Shown: positions 1-8,949 of the stretch, one piece after another
Layout: each line of letters opens with the position of its first letter
Numbering within the stretch: the first letter of the stretch is position 1
Position numbers and translations under genes: made by a program
Notes under the pieces: model-generated
Seen by the model: the letters and a program-made list of their open reading frames with translations, nothing else
What the model was told of the DNA's origin: nothing
Databases searched by the model: none
Source: a virus
Length of the DNA stretch: 64,000 bases
UHGV virus genome: UHGV-1353844
Direction: 5' to 3' (one strand)

Positions 1-25
1 CTCCATTAGGAGAGAGGGGCACTGC

Positions 26-295
26 TTAAATCTTACGACTGCTACCGTAGCAGCCACGACCGGCTGTCGTTTTCGCAGCACTGACAGGTGCTAACGCAGC
101 CATCGTACCATCGGCCTTAACAATGTGTAAGTTACCTGCGCGAACCAGACCTTTAAAGGTAATCTTCACACCCTTGCGTAAACTCTTCACTTCATACCCG
201 TCGAGTTTGAGTGTTTTAACTTTTTCAGGTTTACCTTCTTCGTAATAGGAAAGAACATTACCCGCACGTTTCTCAACAATGTAAATCTTAGCCAT
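26..295 (-). CDS. hypothetical protein (89 aa, basic)
   Basis: ORF track; ATG at 293-295; GGAG ~11 nt upstream; last gene of a minus-strand operon. Confidence 0.5.
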   Translation of the reverse strand: MAKIYIVEKRAGNVLSYYEEGKPEKVKTLKLDGYEVKSLRKGVKITFKGLVRAGNLHIVKADGTMAALAPVSAAKTTAGRGCYGSSRKI

Positions 296-396
296 TTTAG
301 ATTACTCCATTTAGTTAAGTGAGAATTCTCACATAGATGAAATATATCTTAAATTTTTTAGACCATTAACAACACAATGCTGAAGTTATATCGAAA

Positions 397-729
397 TTAG
401 TGTGGTTCTGGTTCGACATAAATTTCCCCAAACACGTATGCGGTTCCGGCTTCATTCGTCGGTTTAGCAACACACCACATCCATTCTTTGGTTTCAGGTT
501 TTTGCCAGGACAACAAAAGAACACCGTCACAAATTTCAGAGGTATCCACTTCTGGATGATACAACATAAATTCGTTGTCGTTGCCATCCATTACAACAAA
601 CTGCCCTTCTTCGATTCTTTCGAATTTCGCGACGCCTACCGCGATCGGTGCGTCATCAACAGTAAACGACACGTCACGTTTTGGCAAATCACGGTGAATA
701 GCACTTAACCACATCAGATTGTTCCTCAA
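397..729 (-). CDS. hypothetical protein (110 aa)
   Basis: ORF track; GAGGA RBS 5 nt upstream of start at 729. Confidence 0.55.
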   Translation of the reverse strand: MRNNLMWLSAIHRDLPKRDVSFTVDDAPIAVGVAKFERIEEGQFVVMDGNDNEFMLYHPEVDTSEICDGVLLLSWQKPETKEWMWCVAKPTNEAGTAYVFGEIYVEPEPH

Positions 730-781
730 TTAATTTTGTTTACTTGTGCATAACTACGGCTATACGCGTAAAATAAATACA

Positions 782-805
782 CCCTCTCTCCAAACGGAGA
801 GAGGG
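782..805 (-). terminator. intrinsic terminator-like hairpin
   Basis: 10-bp stem CCCTCTCTCC/GGAGAGAGGG; A-rich on plus upstream gives U-tract on minus. Confidence 0.55.
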
Positions 806-810
806 GCAGC

Positions 811-1317
811 TTACAGCAGATTCTCTTCGCGATCATCTACCAAGATAGACGTAATGACATAACGCGCTAAGCGACTACGCGCTTCTTCAGTTTCTTCGTC
901 GGACGGTAATGGCTCACCTGCTGGCGCACACAACGTCAGTCCTGATTCACGAAGCTGTTCCGTGTACTCTTCTACGGCAGTTTCAAACGTACCACGAATA
1001 CCTGCGACAGTGTCCATAATCTCATCAGTTGGGATGATGGATTCTTTCAACACAGCATGGGCATCAGTAGGTTCGACGGAGTCTAAGTTCAGTTCGACCA
1101 GCAACGCTTTCTTCGCCAGACAGTCAGTGATAAAACACGACAGAGCTTTTTCAAACTCATCTAAACTGAATTCGGTGTCGTCAGAGGCACCGGTGATGAG
1201 CTGACCGTAACGGTTAAACAGCTCTTTACAACGTGTTTCATAATCAGCATCGATATCACGAACACCGAGGTCGAAATCGTGTTGTTCGAGCTGATTAAAA
1301 TCCAGAGTCTCACTCAT
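811..1317 (-). CDS. highly acidic hypothetical protein (168 aa; ~41 D/E vs ~14 K/R), candidate DNA-mimic
   Basis: ORF track; GGAG RBS; composition counted from translation; same operon as dam. Confidence 0.55.
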   Translation of the reverse strand: MSETLDFNQLEQHDFDLGVRDIDADYETRCKELFNRYGQLITGASDDTEFSLDEFEKALSCFITDCLAKKALLVELNLDSVEPTDAHAVLKESIIPTDEIMDTVAGIRGTFETAVEEYTEQLRESGLTLCAPAGEPLPSDEETEEARSRLARYVITSILVDDREENLL

Positions 1318-1356
1318 TATTAAAGTCTCCAGTTAAGAGGTCATATTACCTGCTGA

Positions 1357-1584
1357 CTAGAGGGCCAGCGTTAACCCCGTGTGGGTTTGTACTGAACCAA
1401 CACCGTCACGCGCTTTCGCTTTTGCGATAAGTTTGTCAATCACACGTTGGTGACTGCGCGTAATAACTTTACCCGGATAACCGATAATGAGCGCATTTTC
1501 GCTGTTGATTACCGCCGAGAATTCGTTATCACCTGCGACGTAAACAATCTGTTTGTTTTTGGTTACAATACGTTTGATTTCCAT
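1357..1584 (-). CDS. hypothetical protein (75 aa)
   Basis: ORF track; AAGGA RBS 5 nt upstream. Confidence 0.45.
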   Translation of the reverse strand: MEIKRIVTKNKQIVYVAGDNEFSAVINSENALIIGYPGKVITRSHQRVIDKLIAKAKARDGVGSVQTHTGLTLAL

Positions 1585-1593
1585 TCATCATCC

Positions 1594-2367
1594 TTAAAAG
1601 ATAAAGTGGCCGGTTAATGGTTCTACCTCAACTCCACCCATAGACGGTGGGGCTGTGTATGGAAACGTGAGGCGAACAGTTGCGCCTTTCAGATAAGCAA
1701 TACGGAAATACGTGGTTAGCAGTGCGTTTCCGTAAGTACAGTCGTTATAGAAAAAACCTTCGGTGGCAAACGTCTTTTCATTGATTTTCGAATAGACTAA
1801 GATACCTTCAACCTTACCGTCTTTACGACAACACAGCCCTTCTGCCGCACCTACGGCTAACAACCCTAAACAGTGCGTGTCGAGGCTGACATTAACAACC
1901 TTAGGAATCGTAAACGTCTCTTCTAACGTTAGGGATTCAACGTCGACCACGTCAGGTAAGTCAGTACGTACTTCTGGCTTCTCAGTAATCGTAAGGTCAT
2001 AATCGATAGACGTTGGTTGCATACCCAAAAACGTCATTAACTGATCACGACGTTTTAGGTCATTAGCAGGGTAGGTAACGTCAAACATCTTCACGTTTAA
2101 CAGACGTTTGAGTTGGGCGAAGTTGATGTTCTTCTTCGCAAACACAACGATTGCGGACATATAGAAAATCTTACCGTCTGCACGCCCTGAAAAGATGCCC
2201 TGTAATTGGTTAGTATTCGAAAGGATGATAAAGGTAGGGTCTTCAGATTCCCGAATGATTTCCTTTTCCATTAACCCTTTGCGTACACGGGTTAACGAAA
2301 CCATTTTACCTTCTACACCAATCGCTAAATGGTCATTACGATAATCGTGGATATCCACTATACGCAT
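1594..2367 (-). CDS. hypothetical protein (257 aa)
   Basis: ORF track; start overlaps dam stop at 2367 (translational coupling). Confidence 0.6.
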   Translation of the reverse strand: MRIVDIHDYRNDHLAIGVEGKMVSLTRVRKGLMEKEIIRESEDPTFIILSNTNQLQGIFSGRADGKIFYMSAIVVFAKKNINFAQLKRLLNVKMFDVTYPANDLKRRDQLMTFLGMQPTSIDYDLTITEKPEVRTDLPDVVDVESLTLEETFTIPKVVNVSLDTHCLGLLAVGAAEGLCCRKDGKVEGILVYSKINEKTFATEGFFYNDCTYGNALLTTYFRIAYLKGATVRLTFPYTAPPSMGGVEVEPLTGHFIF

Positions 2368-3182
2368 TAGAGCACTCCTAACAATTCCGTTACCGTTTTA
2401 CGAGCAGCACCTGACGCACCCATGTATCGCCCTACTTCTACAGAACGCCATTCGAACCCGTAATAAATCTCACGCGTTAGTAACGTATCTGCATTGGACA
2501 ACACAACGCTATTCCCCTTCTCAACCTGCTTAAACAGCGCTCTGGCGAGTTCTCGATGGTCAGCCTGGGAAAACTCCTTCCGATGGTATTGGGCGTGTTT
2601 AGCGGTCTCTGAGAGCGGTATATAAGGTGGGTCTGCGTAAATCACGCTGTCTTCCGGTGTACGCTCTAAAACTGTTCGGAAATCTTCACAAACAATTTCT
2701 AAGTATTCCGGTTCTTGACAACGTTTAGCCCAACCACGAATCTCTTCTAACGGGTAATACACACCGTTAGGATAGCGACCAAACGGAACGTTAAAACCAC
2801 CGCTGCCGTTGTAACGACACATCCCGTTAAAACCGTGACGCATTAAATACAGAAACATTGCAGCACGGTCTAACGGAGCCATATCCGTTTCGCGATTAAA
2901 CAGTTCTCGTCTCTCCATATACTTAATACAATCGTTACCGTCTTCGAATAGCGGTTTCGACTTTAAGATAAGTTCTTCAGGTTGGTCTTTCGCCACGTTC
3001 AGCAACTGAATTAAGTCAGGGTTAGAGTCAGCAAGAATGTAACGTTTATAACGTGTGTTCAAAAACACCGACCCTGCACCAACAAACGGTTCAACGAATG
3101 TTGTACGTTCAGGTAAGACTTGTAATAAGGTGTCGATAATCCGCGATTTGCCACCCATCCACTTTATAATTGGTTTATGCAT
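2367..3182 (-). CDS. dam: DNA adenine methyltransferase (Dam-like, orphan)
   Basis: Motif I FVEPFVGAGSV and catalytic DPPY (YADPPYIPL) in translation; no adjacent restriction endonuclease. Confidence 0.85.
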   Translation of the reverse strand: MHKPIIKWMGGKSRIIDTLLQVLPERTTFVEPFVGAGSVFLNTRYKRYILADSNPDLIQLLNVAKDQPEELILKSKPLFEDGNDCIKYMERRELFNRETDMAPLDRAAMFLYLMRHGFNGMCRYNGSGGFNVPFGRYPNGVYYPLEEIRGWAKRCQEPEYLEIVCEDFRTVLERTPEDSVIYADPPYIPLSETAKHAQYHRKEFSQADHRELARALFKQVEKGNSVVLSNADTLLTREIYYGFEWRSVEVGRYMGASGAARKTVTELLGVL

Positions 3183-4161
3183 TAATTCCGCCTTGTAACG
3201 ATGACATTTCGTCGCCTAACACTAACTCGACGCGGTTTTTCCGACGCTCCCAACTGACGACATCGTCGTCGCGCACTAAAACAAATTCGTACTCGTAGGG
3301 ACGGAATTTAAACAAATCTACAGCCAGGTGTCTAAATGCTGGGTTGTTATTGTAACACCCTATTTCTAATGGTGCTGCTGTTGTCGATGCAATCTGTAAA
3401 GCACGGTACAACAACGCACGCCCAATCCCACGGCCCCGGTGTGATTCACTTACCGCAATGGCTTTTAGTTCGCACTCGCTAAGATTGCGTGATTTAACTT
3501 GCACCACACCCACAATGTCGTTACCGTCCATCCAAACGTAAGTGTAGTGATTGACGTGACGCACTAACTCCACCAGCGTTTCAACTTGCGGCATTATTTG
3601 TCGAGAACGCGTCACAGGGTCAGCATTGATGTTTTCAACAACGCTAGTGCCAAACAACGTCATGAGCTGTTCACGTTGTGCTCTGGTTAAGTCTTTATAG
3701 AAGTCGCCGGAGACGTTCTTCACGTTCGTCGGTAAAGTGACATCCAGTAGCTTACGCGTACCTAAACGATATGCTGTGTGGGTATGTCTAAACCCTAAAT
3801 CGTTAAGCTCAGCAATTTCTTCCACACCTCTGGCAATTCGGTTAAGGTACGTAAACCCAGTATAGTCAAGTACCAATAGAAGGCTCAGTTTGTTCAAACA
3901 CCCAGGTACAATTTCATGCATATACAAGCAGTGTAACGTTGGGTCACCGTAAATGTGTTTTGTGATGATAAACCCTTGGATTGTTTTTCCTTTTTGTAAA
4001 GAGAACGTATTCAGCTCAGTATTGCACAGTGCTTCACGAATCGCCGCACCGTTAGGCCCCGTTAAACATGCCTGAAGCTGAGGATTGCGAATATCTCTAC
4101 GGGTTAAGCGTCCTACGGTTAAATCAGAAGAGGTTCTTTCTATCGTTTTACGATATACCAT
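3175..4161 (-). CDS. GNAT-family acetyltransferase domain protein (328 aa)
   Basis: C-terminal half has acetyl-CoA-binding-like motif AIAVSESHRGRGIGRALL; overlaps dam start by 8 nt; terminator downstream. Confidence 0.55.
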   Translation of the reverse strand: MVYRKTIERTSSDLTVGRLTRRDIRNPQLQACLTGPNGAAIREALCNTELNTFSLQKGKTIQGFIITKHIYGDPTLHCLYMHEIVPGCLNKLSLLLVLDYTGFTYLNRIARGVEEIAELNDLGFRHTHTAYRLGTRKLLDVTLPTNVKNVSGDFYKDLTRAQREQLMTLFGTSVVENINADPVTRSRQIMPQVETLVELVRHVNHYTYVWMDGNDIVGVVQVKSRNLSECELKAIAVSESHRGRGIGRALLYRALQIASTTAAPLEIGCYNNNPAFRHLAVDLFKFRPYEYEFVLVRDDDVVSWERRKNRVELVLGDEMSSLQGGINA

Positions 4162-4218
4162 TTTAATACTCCTTATCGGCTTTCCTCACAACAAAAGAAA
4201 AAGTTGTAAAAAGAAAAA

Positions 4219-4234
4219 GGGAGCCGAAGCTCCC
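4219..4234 (-). terminator. intrinsic terminator (UUCG loop on minus transcript)
   Basis: GGGAGC-cgaa-GCTCCC flanked by A-run; downstream of gene ending at 4248. Confidence 0.6.
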
Positions 4235-4247
4235 TGTTTGTTACAAA

Positions 4248-4931
4248 CTACCAAAGCTTAGAACTAGTGAATGCTGCACTAGAATCTGGAACTTTGCCTC
4301 TTAATTTATCACGCAGAAGTTCAAAGAACATGCGATGATAAGCGTAATATTTTTCCAACCGATTGTATTCAATCAGGTTTTCTAACGCCGGATGAAAGCG
4401 AAGATGTTTGTTAGGACTGGTAAGGGAAAACGGAACGACTTCTTCATTAAGCAAGATAGGATACTTAACACTATCGCCCATTTCAGCATACAACATTTTG
4501 GTGTCGAAAACGAAATAAGCCGTTGGGTGAAAGCCTAACCACGTTGAAGCCTCAACAAAGAAGTCAGTCAATTTACTAGCAATCTGGCTGATCATCTTAT
4601 CGTCTGATTTAAACATCAGGCGCAGGAAAATCTCGCTAATGACTGAACCCGTAAGCAGTTTTTCTTTGTGGATACCTGGCACGACTGCCAGTACCTCATC
4701 GTCGAGTCGACAGACAAGCGTGTACAGGTCGAATACCGGGTAATGGTAAATATCGATCGTTAAACTCGCACGCGGAGTGTAACTTAAGATTTTATCCCCG
4801 TGTATTTCTGTGGCGGGCGGCATAAGCGCAAGCTTCTTGCTAGGCCCACCCTGTTTAACTTCTGCTTCCTTAGTATCAATCGGTTTTTCTACAGTTTCTT
4901 TAACTTCAGTTTTCTTAGTTCTCGGTGCCAT
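4248..4931 (-). CDS. hypothetical protein (227 aa), downstream of early-promoter-like element
   Basis: ORF track; GAGGA RBS; conserved promoter element 4956-5020 upstream; terminator 4219-4234 downstream. Confidence 0.65.
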   Translation of the reverse strand: MAPRTKKTEVKETVEKPIDTKEAEVKQGGPSKKLALMPPATEIHGDKILSYTPRASLTIDIYHYPVFDLYTLVCRLDDEVLAVVPGIHKEKLLTGSVISEIFLRLMFKSDDKMISQIASKLTDFFVEASTWLGFHPTAYFVFDTKMLYAEMGDSVKYPILLNEEVVPFSLTSPNKHLRFHPALENLIEYNRLEKYYAYHRMFFELLRDKLRGKVPDSSAAFTSSKLW

Positions 4932-4955
4932 GATATTTAATCCTCATCTGTAGAA

Positions 4956-5020
4956 CAAGTCGTAAAGAGATTACGATGTAATCTCACTAAGGTAATATCT
5001 ATCTGAGAAAAAATTAAATA
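4956..5020 (-). promoter_or_regulatory. conserved early-promoter-like element, copy 1
   Basis: ~65-bp block near-identical to 40923-40990; minus-strand core AGATATTAC; palindrome GATTACGATGTAATC; ~27 bp upstream of start at 4931. Confidence 0.55.
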
Positions 5021-5022
5021 AC

Positions 5023-5042
5023 CCCCTACCCGAAGGTAGGGG
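5023..5042 (-). terminator. intrinsic terminator (UUCG loop)
   Basis: CCCCTACC-cgaa-GGTAGGGG; A-rich on plus upstream; downstream of tmk. Confidence 0.6.
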
Positions 5043-5049
5043 TATGTGA

Positions 5050-5673
5050 TTAATTCTCTAAAATACAAGCAACGATTTCAGCCGCTTTTAACCGGTAATC
5101 GTCGTCTTGCTTCACGGGTAATAAATGGTGCAGACAACCACCTTCAGTGAGGATGTGGTGGGCAAAGCGGTAGTGGTCACGTAACGCTTCCCAGCTTTGG
5201 TTATCTTTTAAATACTTAACGGTAAGGACTTCATCGTCCCAATTCTTACCTTGTTCTTCTACCCGTTTCTTAAAGCGTGCTACTGCGCCGTCGTAATCCA
5301 CATCTGTCCAAACGTACAAATCTGGTGCGTGGAAATGACGCGTTAGCTTACGTCGGAAAACTTCGTCTTTACCGTCGACGCCCTGGTAAACGACTGTAGA
5401 GGGACAGAACCTGTCGAAAATAACAACATCGTAATCGTCAACAACATGGTCTAACGTGTGAAGGAAATCGTCGCACATCGCTTCGGCAATTTTTGCTTTT
5501 GCTGCGGACTGAATGACTAAACTGCGTGCACGGATACCCGCCTCGGTCTCCGTCGTAGGGTGATTACGGATGCAGACCTTTAACCCCGCAGATTCCAGCA
5601 TACCTTTTACTATTTTGCACAACGTCGATTTCCCAGAAAAGTCAGGGCCATCAATAGACACTGTCTTAAGCAT
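5050..5673 (-). CDS. tmk: thymidylate kinase (dTMP kinase)
   Basis: P-loop DGPDFSGKST and lid motif FDRFCPSTVVYQ (DR-Y/F...YQ); start moved from track GTG (5694) to ATG at M8 with AAGG RBS. Confidence 0.75.
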   Translation of the reverse strand: MLKTVSIDGPDFSGKSTLCKIVKGMLESAGLKVCIRNHPTTETEAGIRARSLVIQSAAKAKIAEAMCDDFLHTLDHVVDDYDVVIFDRFCPSTVVYQGVDGKDEVFRRKLTRHFHAPDLYVWTDVDYDGAVARFKKRVEEQGKNWDDEVLTVKYLKDNQSWEALRDHYRFAHHILTEGGCLHHLLPVKQDDDYRLKAAEIVACILEN

Positions 5674-5784
5674 TATCGTTTTACCTTTACGCACAAAAAT
5701 TTAAACCGATACTTCTTTATTCCATACCGGCGTTCACATAATAGCTATTGGTTGTAATAAATTTTAGGATAAAAAAGAAACCCG

Positions 5785-5804
5785 CCCCTACCGATTGGTA
5801 GGGG
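5785..5804 (-). terminator. intrinsic terminator
   Basis: CCCCTACC-gatt-GGTAGGGG preceded by AAAAAAGAAA. Confidence 0.55.
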
Positions 5805-5811
5805 TAAGGTT

Positions 5812-6417
5812 TTATTGATGGTCAACAATCGGACCACTCCACACTTCTGACGTTTCCGGTGCGGTAAGATTAGCCGCCTGTGCTGACGGTACACACAGTA
5901 AAACTAACCCTTGCTTAGCAAGATAGTGCTGCATTCTTGCGGCCTGTACTGCGGTGTCCACAATAACGAGCTCAGCGCCACGTAGAAGCGCTAAAGCCGC
6001 TTGGCCTTCTTGCGGTGTGGTAAACGCGTCTGAGTCGTCCAGAATGCGTTTGAGGCGGTTATACGCAAGTCCTGTAACGTTACAGTGTTCGGTACGTAAA
6101 TCAACAACCATTTCGTTATAGACCCCCACAACCTGTTGCGTAGAGTTTGGATAAAAGCGAAACGAGGCACGACGACGCGCACGACGGACTTCAGAAATCG
6201 CACGTTGGAGTACCACTAATACGTACTTCGGTGCTGCGTCTGACGTCGGTCTACGCATCTTCGCTAACCGCGCTGCCAAATCGAGAACTTTCGTTAACGG
6301 GTAGCGGTGCTTAAACCCCTCCCGTTCAATCGTCACCCCACGCTTTGGTAGCTTACCGGTTTTGTTGATATACGCCACCGTAATCAGCAGTAATGAGTCG
6401 AGAATCATCTCTGACAT
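5812..6417 (-). CDS. hypothetical protein (~201 aa)
   Basis: ORF track; ATG at second codon with GAGGG RBS 7-8 nt upstream. Confidence 0.55.
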   Translation of the reverse strand: MSEMILDSLLLITVAYINKTGKLPKRGVTIEREGFKHRYPLTKVLDLAARLAKMRRPTSDAAPKYVLVVLQRAISEVRRARRRASFRFYPNSTQQVVGVYNEMVVDLRTEHCNVTGLAYNRLKRILDDSDAFTTPQEGQAALALLRGAELVIVDTAVQAARMQHYLAKQGLVLLCVPSAQAANLTAPETSEVWSGPIVDHQ

Positions 6418-6430
6418 CACAATACCCTCT

Positions 6431-6802
6431 TTAGAACCCCTCGAGAACAGCTTTCACAAATTCATAAACCGTGCGTCGGTGTTCTTCAAGTGGATAAACA
6501 AACTTAGAATAATCGTTGTTCCAGACAACCGGATAGAGGTCACCGTCACAACTTAAATAGCTCTTACGAACCATGTAATAATCTAAACCTACACGGAAGT
6601 TTAACGACAAACTGCCGTGTTTACTACAAACGTGTAGCTGGAGCGATTTCACACCGTCACGGGTTGGCGTTTCAATCGTTTCCGCATACAATACATCCGA
6701 ACACTGTTCTATAACGCTAACGACATCTCTGAGGTTGTTGTGAGCATCAATGGTCGCTTTTCGGAGAGCGTCGGTGTATTGCTGAAGTTCTCGATAGAAC
6801 AT
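6431..6802 (-). CDS. hypothetical protein (123 aa)
   Basis: ORF track; AGGAG RBS 9 nt upstream of ATG at 6802; overlaps 3' end of upstream gene by 94 nt. Confidence 0.5.
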   Translation of the reverse strand: MFYRELQQYTDALRKATIDAHNNLRDVVSVIEQCSDVLYAETIETPTRDGVKSLQLHVCSKHGSLSLNFRVGLDYYMVRKSYLSCDGDLYPVVWNNDYSKFVYPLEEHRRTVYEFVKAVLEGF

Positions 6803-7341
6803 CCTGCTAATCTCCTGTCTCTACCATAAGGCAGAGGAAATGCTTTGTGTTCGTATTCTGCAACGACGTAGGCAGGATAGAACAAAAGGTATTTATAGAA
6901 CGTGGCTAATGTAACGTCTTTCGGGGTAGCCAGAAAGTAATTAAGGTCAGGGTTATCTGGGAATGCAAAATGTATTCCGGTATACACCTGACCGTGATAT
7001 TCACCGTTAAAGGGCGTGACGGCACAACGGGGATGTGTTGGCTCAACGTGTAACCAACGACTCCCTACGTGATAAACACCACGTACCGTCGCGTTTCGTG
7101 TTTTACCCAAATAACGGCAACGAATATTCTTTTCCCACGCAGCACGTTGCGTGGGAGAACCCAGAGAAACAAACCGCGTTAAAGCTTCAGGTGTAAAGTA
7201 ATCAAAAATGCCGGTCGGTAAACACCAACACGCTTTATCGATTCGCACCACTCTCCAACCAGGACGAAAACCCACAGCGTAACGCTCTACACCAAAAGTA
7301 TATCTAGACCCGTCGTGAAACGGTACGAATCTTGCAGCCAT
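6709..7341 (-). CDS. hypothetical protein (210 aa)
   Basis: ORF track; abuts GNAT gene stop at 7343. Confidence 0.5.
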   Translation of the reverse strand: MAARFVPFHDGSRYTFGVERYAVGFRPGWRVVRIDKACWCLPTGIFDYFTPEALTRFVSLGSPTQRAAWEKNIRCRYLGKTRNATVRGVYHVGSRWLHVEPTHPRCAVTPFNGEYHGQVYTGIHFAFPDNPDLNYFLATPKDVTLATFYKYLLFYPAYVVAEYEHKAFPLPYGRDRRLAGCSIENFSNTPTLSEKRPLMLTTTSEMSLAL

Positions 7342-7342
7342 T

Positions 7343-7810
7343 TTAGATTTCCTTTATCATTTCCCTGCATTCGGTACGGAATCCCATTTTCTCATACAAG
7401 GAGATAGCTTTAACGTTGTTGTCTAACACATCCAGACTCATCCAACCACAACCTTTGGACTTTCCGTATTCACGGACTTTGTCCATAAGCGCACGCCCTA
7501 CCCCTTGAGAACGTGCTTCAGGAACCACATAGTAATTCCCGATGTAAACGAACGTGTCTTTTGAGCAAGAACCCAATGAGAACGTCATAAAGCCCAGAAG
7601 CTGTTCGTTATCATCCACCGCACACGCACAGAGATAATCTTGAGGCCAAATCTCTTCTAAACGTTCGATGGGGTTGAACGTGTCACGTCCAGTTAACTGA
7701 CTAATACGCACTTTCTCTTCTGCGAACAACATGTTGTGCAGTTTGAGTACCTGGTCGCCGTATAACTTTCCGTATTTACTGTCGGGTTTGAGAATAATAG
7801 TAATACGCAT
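7343..7810 (-). CDS. GNAT-family N-acetyltransferase (155 aa)
   Basis: Classic GNAT motif VVPEARSQGVGRALM ... AISLYEKMGF; start overlaps upstream stop at 7810. Confidence 0.75.
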   Translation of the reverse strand: MRITIILKPDSKYGKLYGDQVLKLHNMLFAEEKVRISQLTGRDTFNPIERLEEIWPQDYLCACAVDDNEQLLGFMTFSLGSCSKDTFVYIGNYYVVPEARSQGVGRALMDKVREYGKSKGCGWMSLDVLDNNVKAISLYEKMGFRTECREMIKEI

Positions 7811-8943
7811 TATTTAACCTCAATCAGCGACAACCTGCACCATTCCAGTAAGCCTTCCGCAACACGCACTAACGAGGTAGTAAACGCATCTTCTAAACGC
7901 AGTGCGTTCTTATACCGAACGGTAGCATCGCGTAACTCACGACCGTCTAACGACTTCAGCTCTTTTTTCATTCGCTGAACTTCATCGTAAATACCGGTAT
8001 AACCAACGCTACGTCGCTTCGTACCACGCTGACGTAAAGCTCGGATAATTTTTTCAACGGCTTCGAGAGCTGAACCGATTTCGTGTAAGTTCAGAGATTT
8101 GATTGTGTGGCCAAAATCACCATCACGGGCAATCGCCCACTCAATCTTACCGTTGTCGTGTTCAACGACCACCACGTTACCTGGCCACGGATACGCTTTC
8201 ACCGTTTTAAACGGATCGATAATACCGAACAACCCTGCACTACGTTTAATCGCCCAGTTCGTTGAGCGGCCTACTTTCTCCAAGCCACTCTCAGTAACTT
8301 TCTTGCTCTTACCGATAATGGTGCGCGTTTTAACGGTATACTCGTTGACCATCGCATCCATTGCGTTCAGGTTCTTACTGAACTCAATACACGCTTTTAC
8401 GTTAGGTTTGTCTTCTAAACAAACTTTGGTCGTCCAGCTTCCCGTGTCGCAGTCAACCGGTTTTAAGGTGTCTTTGTCACCGATTAAACTTAGACGAGCA
8501 TTTAACTTTTGCAGTTTGCGCTCTAAGGTCGTTGCTTTAGACGTCGCTTCTTTTAATTCCTTAATGACTTCTTTACCCGCAACTTCGGCAAAATCCACAA
8601 AACGTAAAGCAAGTTGTTTGGAATGTTTACCTGCGAAATTCGCTGATGCTTTTGCACCTGCACTGGCAGCACGCCCTGCTACCCGACTTACGCCACGAAC
8701 CGCACGTCCGGTGAGTCGTGCAGCCGCTTTGCCTATCCCTTTATCAGGTTCCGTGTCTGACAAAAACTGCGCACGGTGCATCATGGCCGCAGACTCTGAC
8801 GCAACAACCACATCATCCAAAAGCCAACGTTTACGGATAGCAACGATAGCCGGATAATTGTCTTTTACTCCAATGGATTCTAACGCTACGAGTCGGTCGT
8901 AATCGTCACAAAGCACTTCTAAGTCGCTATCTAACGTTGACAT
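7810..8943 (-). CDS. hypothetical protein, tandem paralog A (377 aa)
   Basis: ORF track; C-terminal ~150 aa alignable with the next gene (AYPWPGNVVVV / YTGIYDEV / RLEDAFTT). Confidence 0.6.
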   Translation of the reverse strand: MSTLDSDLEVLCDDYDRLVALESIGVKDNYPAIVAIRKRWLLDDVVVASESAAMMHRAQFLSDTEPDKGIGKAAARLTGRAVRGVSRVAGRAASAGAKASANFAGKHSKQLALRFVDFAEVAGKEVIKELKEATSKATTLERKLQKLNARLSLIGDKDTLKPVDCDTGSWTTKVCLEDKPNVKACIEFSKNLNAMDAMVNEYTVKTRTIIGKSKKVTESGLEKVGRSTNWAIKRSAGLFGIIDPFKTVKAYPWPGNVVVVEHDNGKIEWAIARDGDFGHTIKSLNLHEIGSALEAVEKIIRALRQRGTKRRSVGYTGIYDEVQRMKKELKSLDGRELRDATVRYKNALRLEDAFTTSLVRVAEGLLEWCRLSLIEVK

Positions 8944-8949
8944 GATAAT

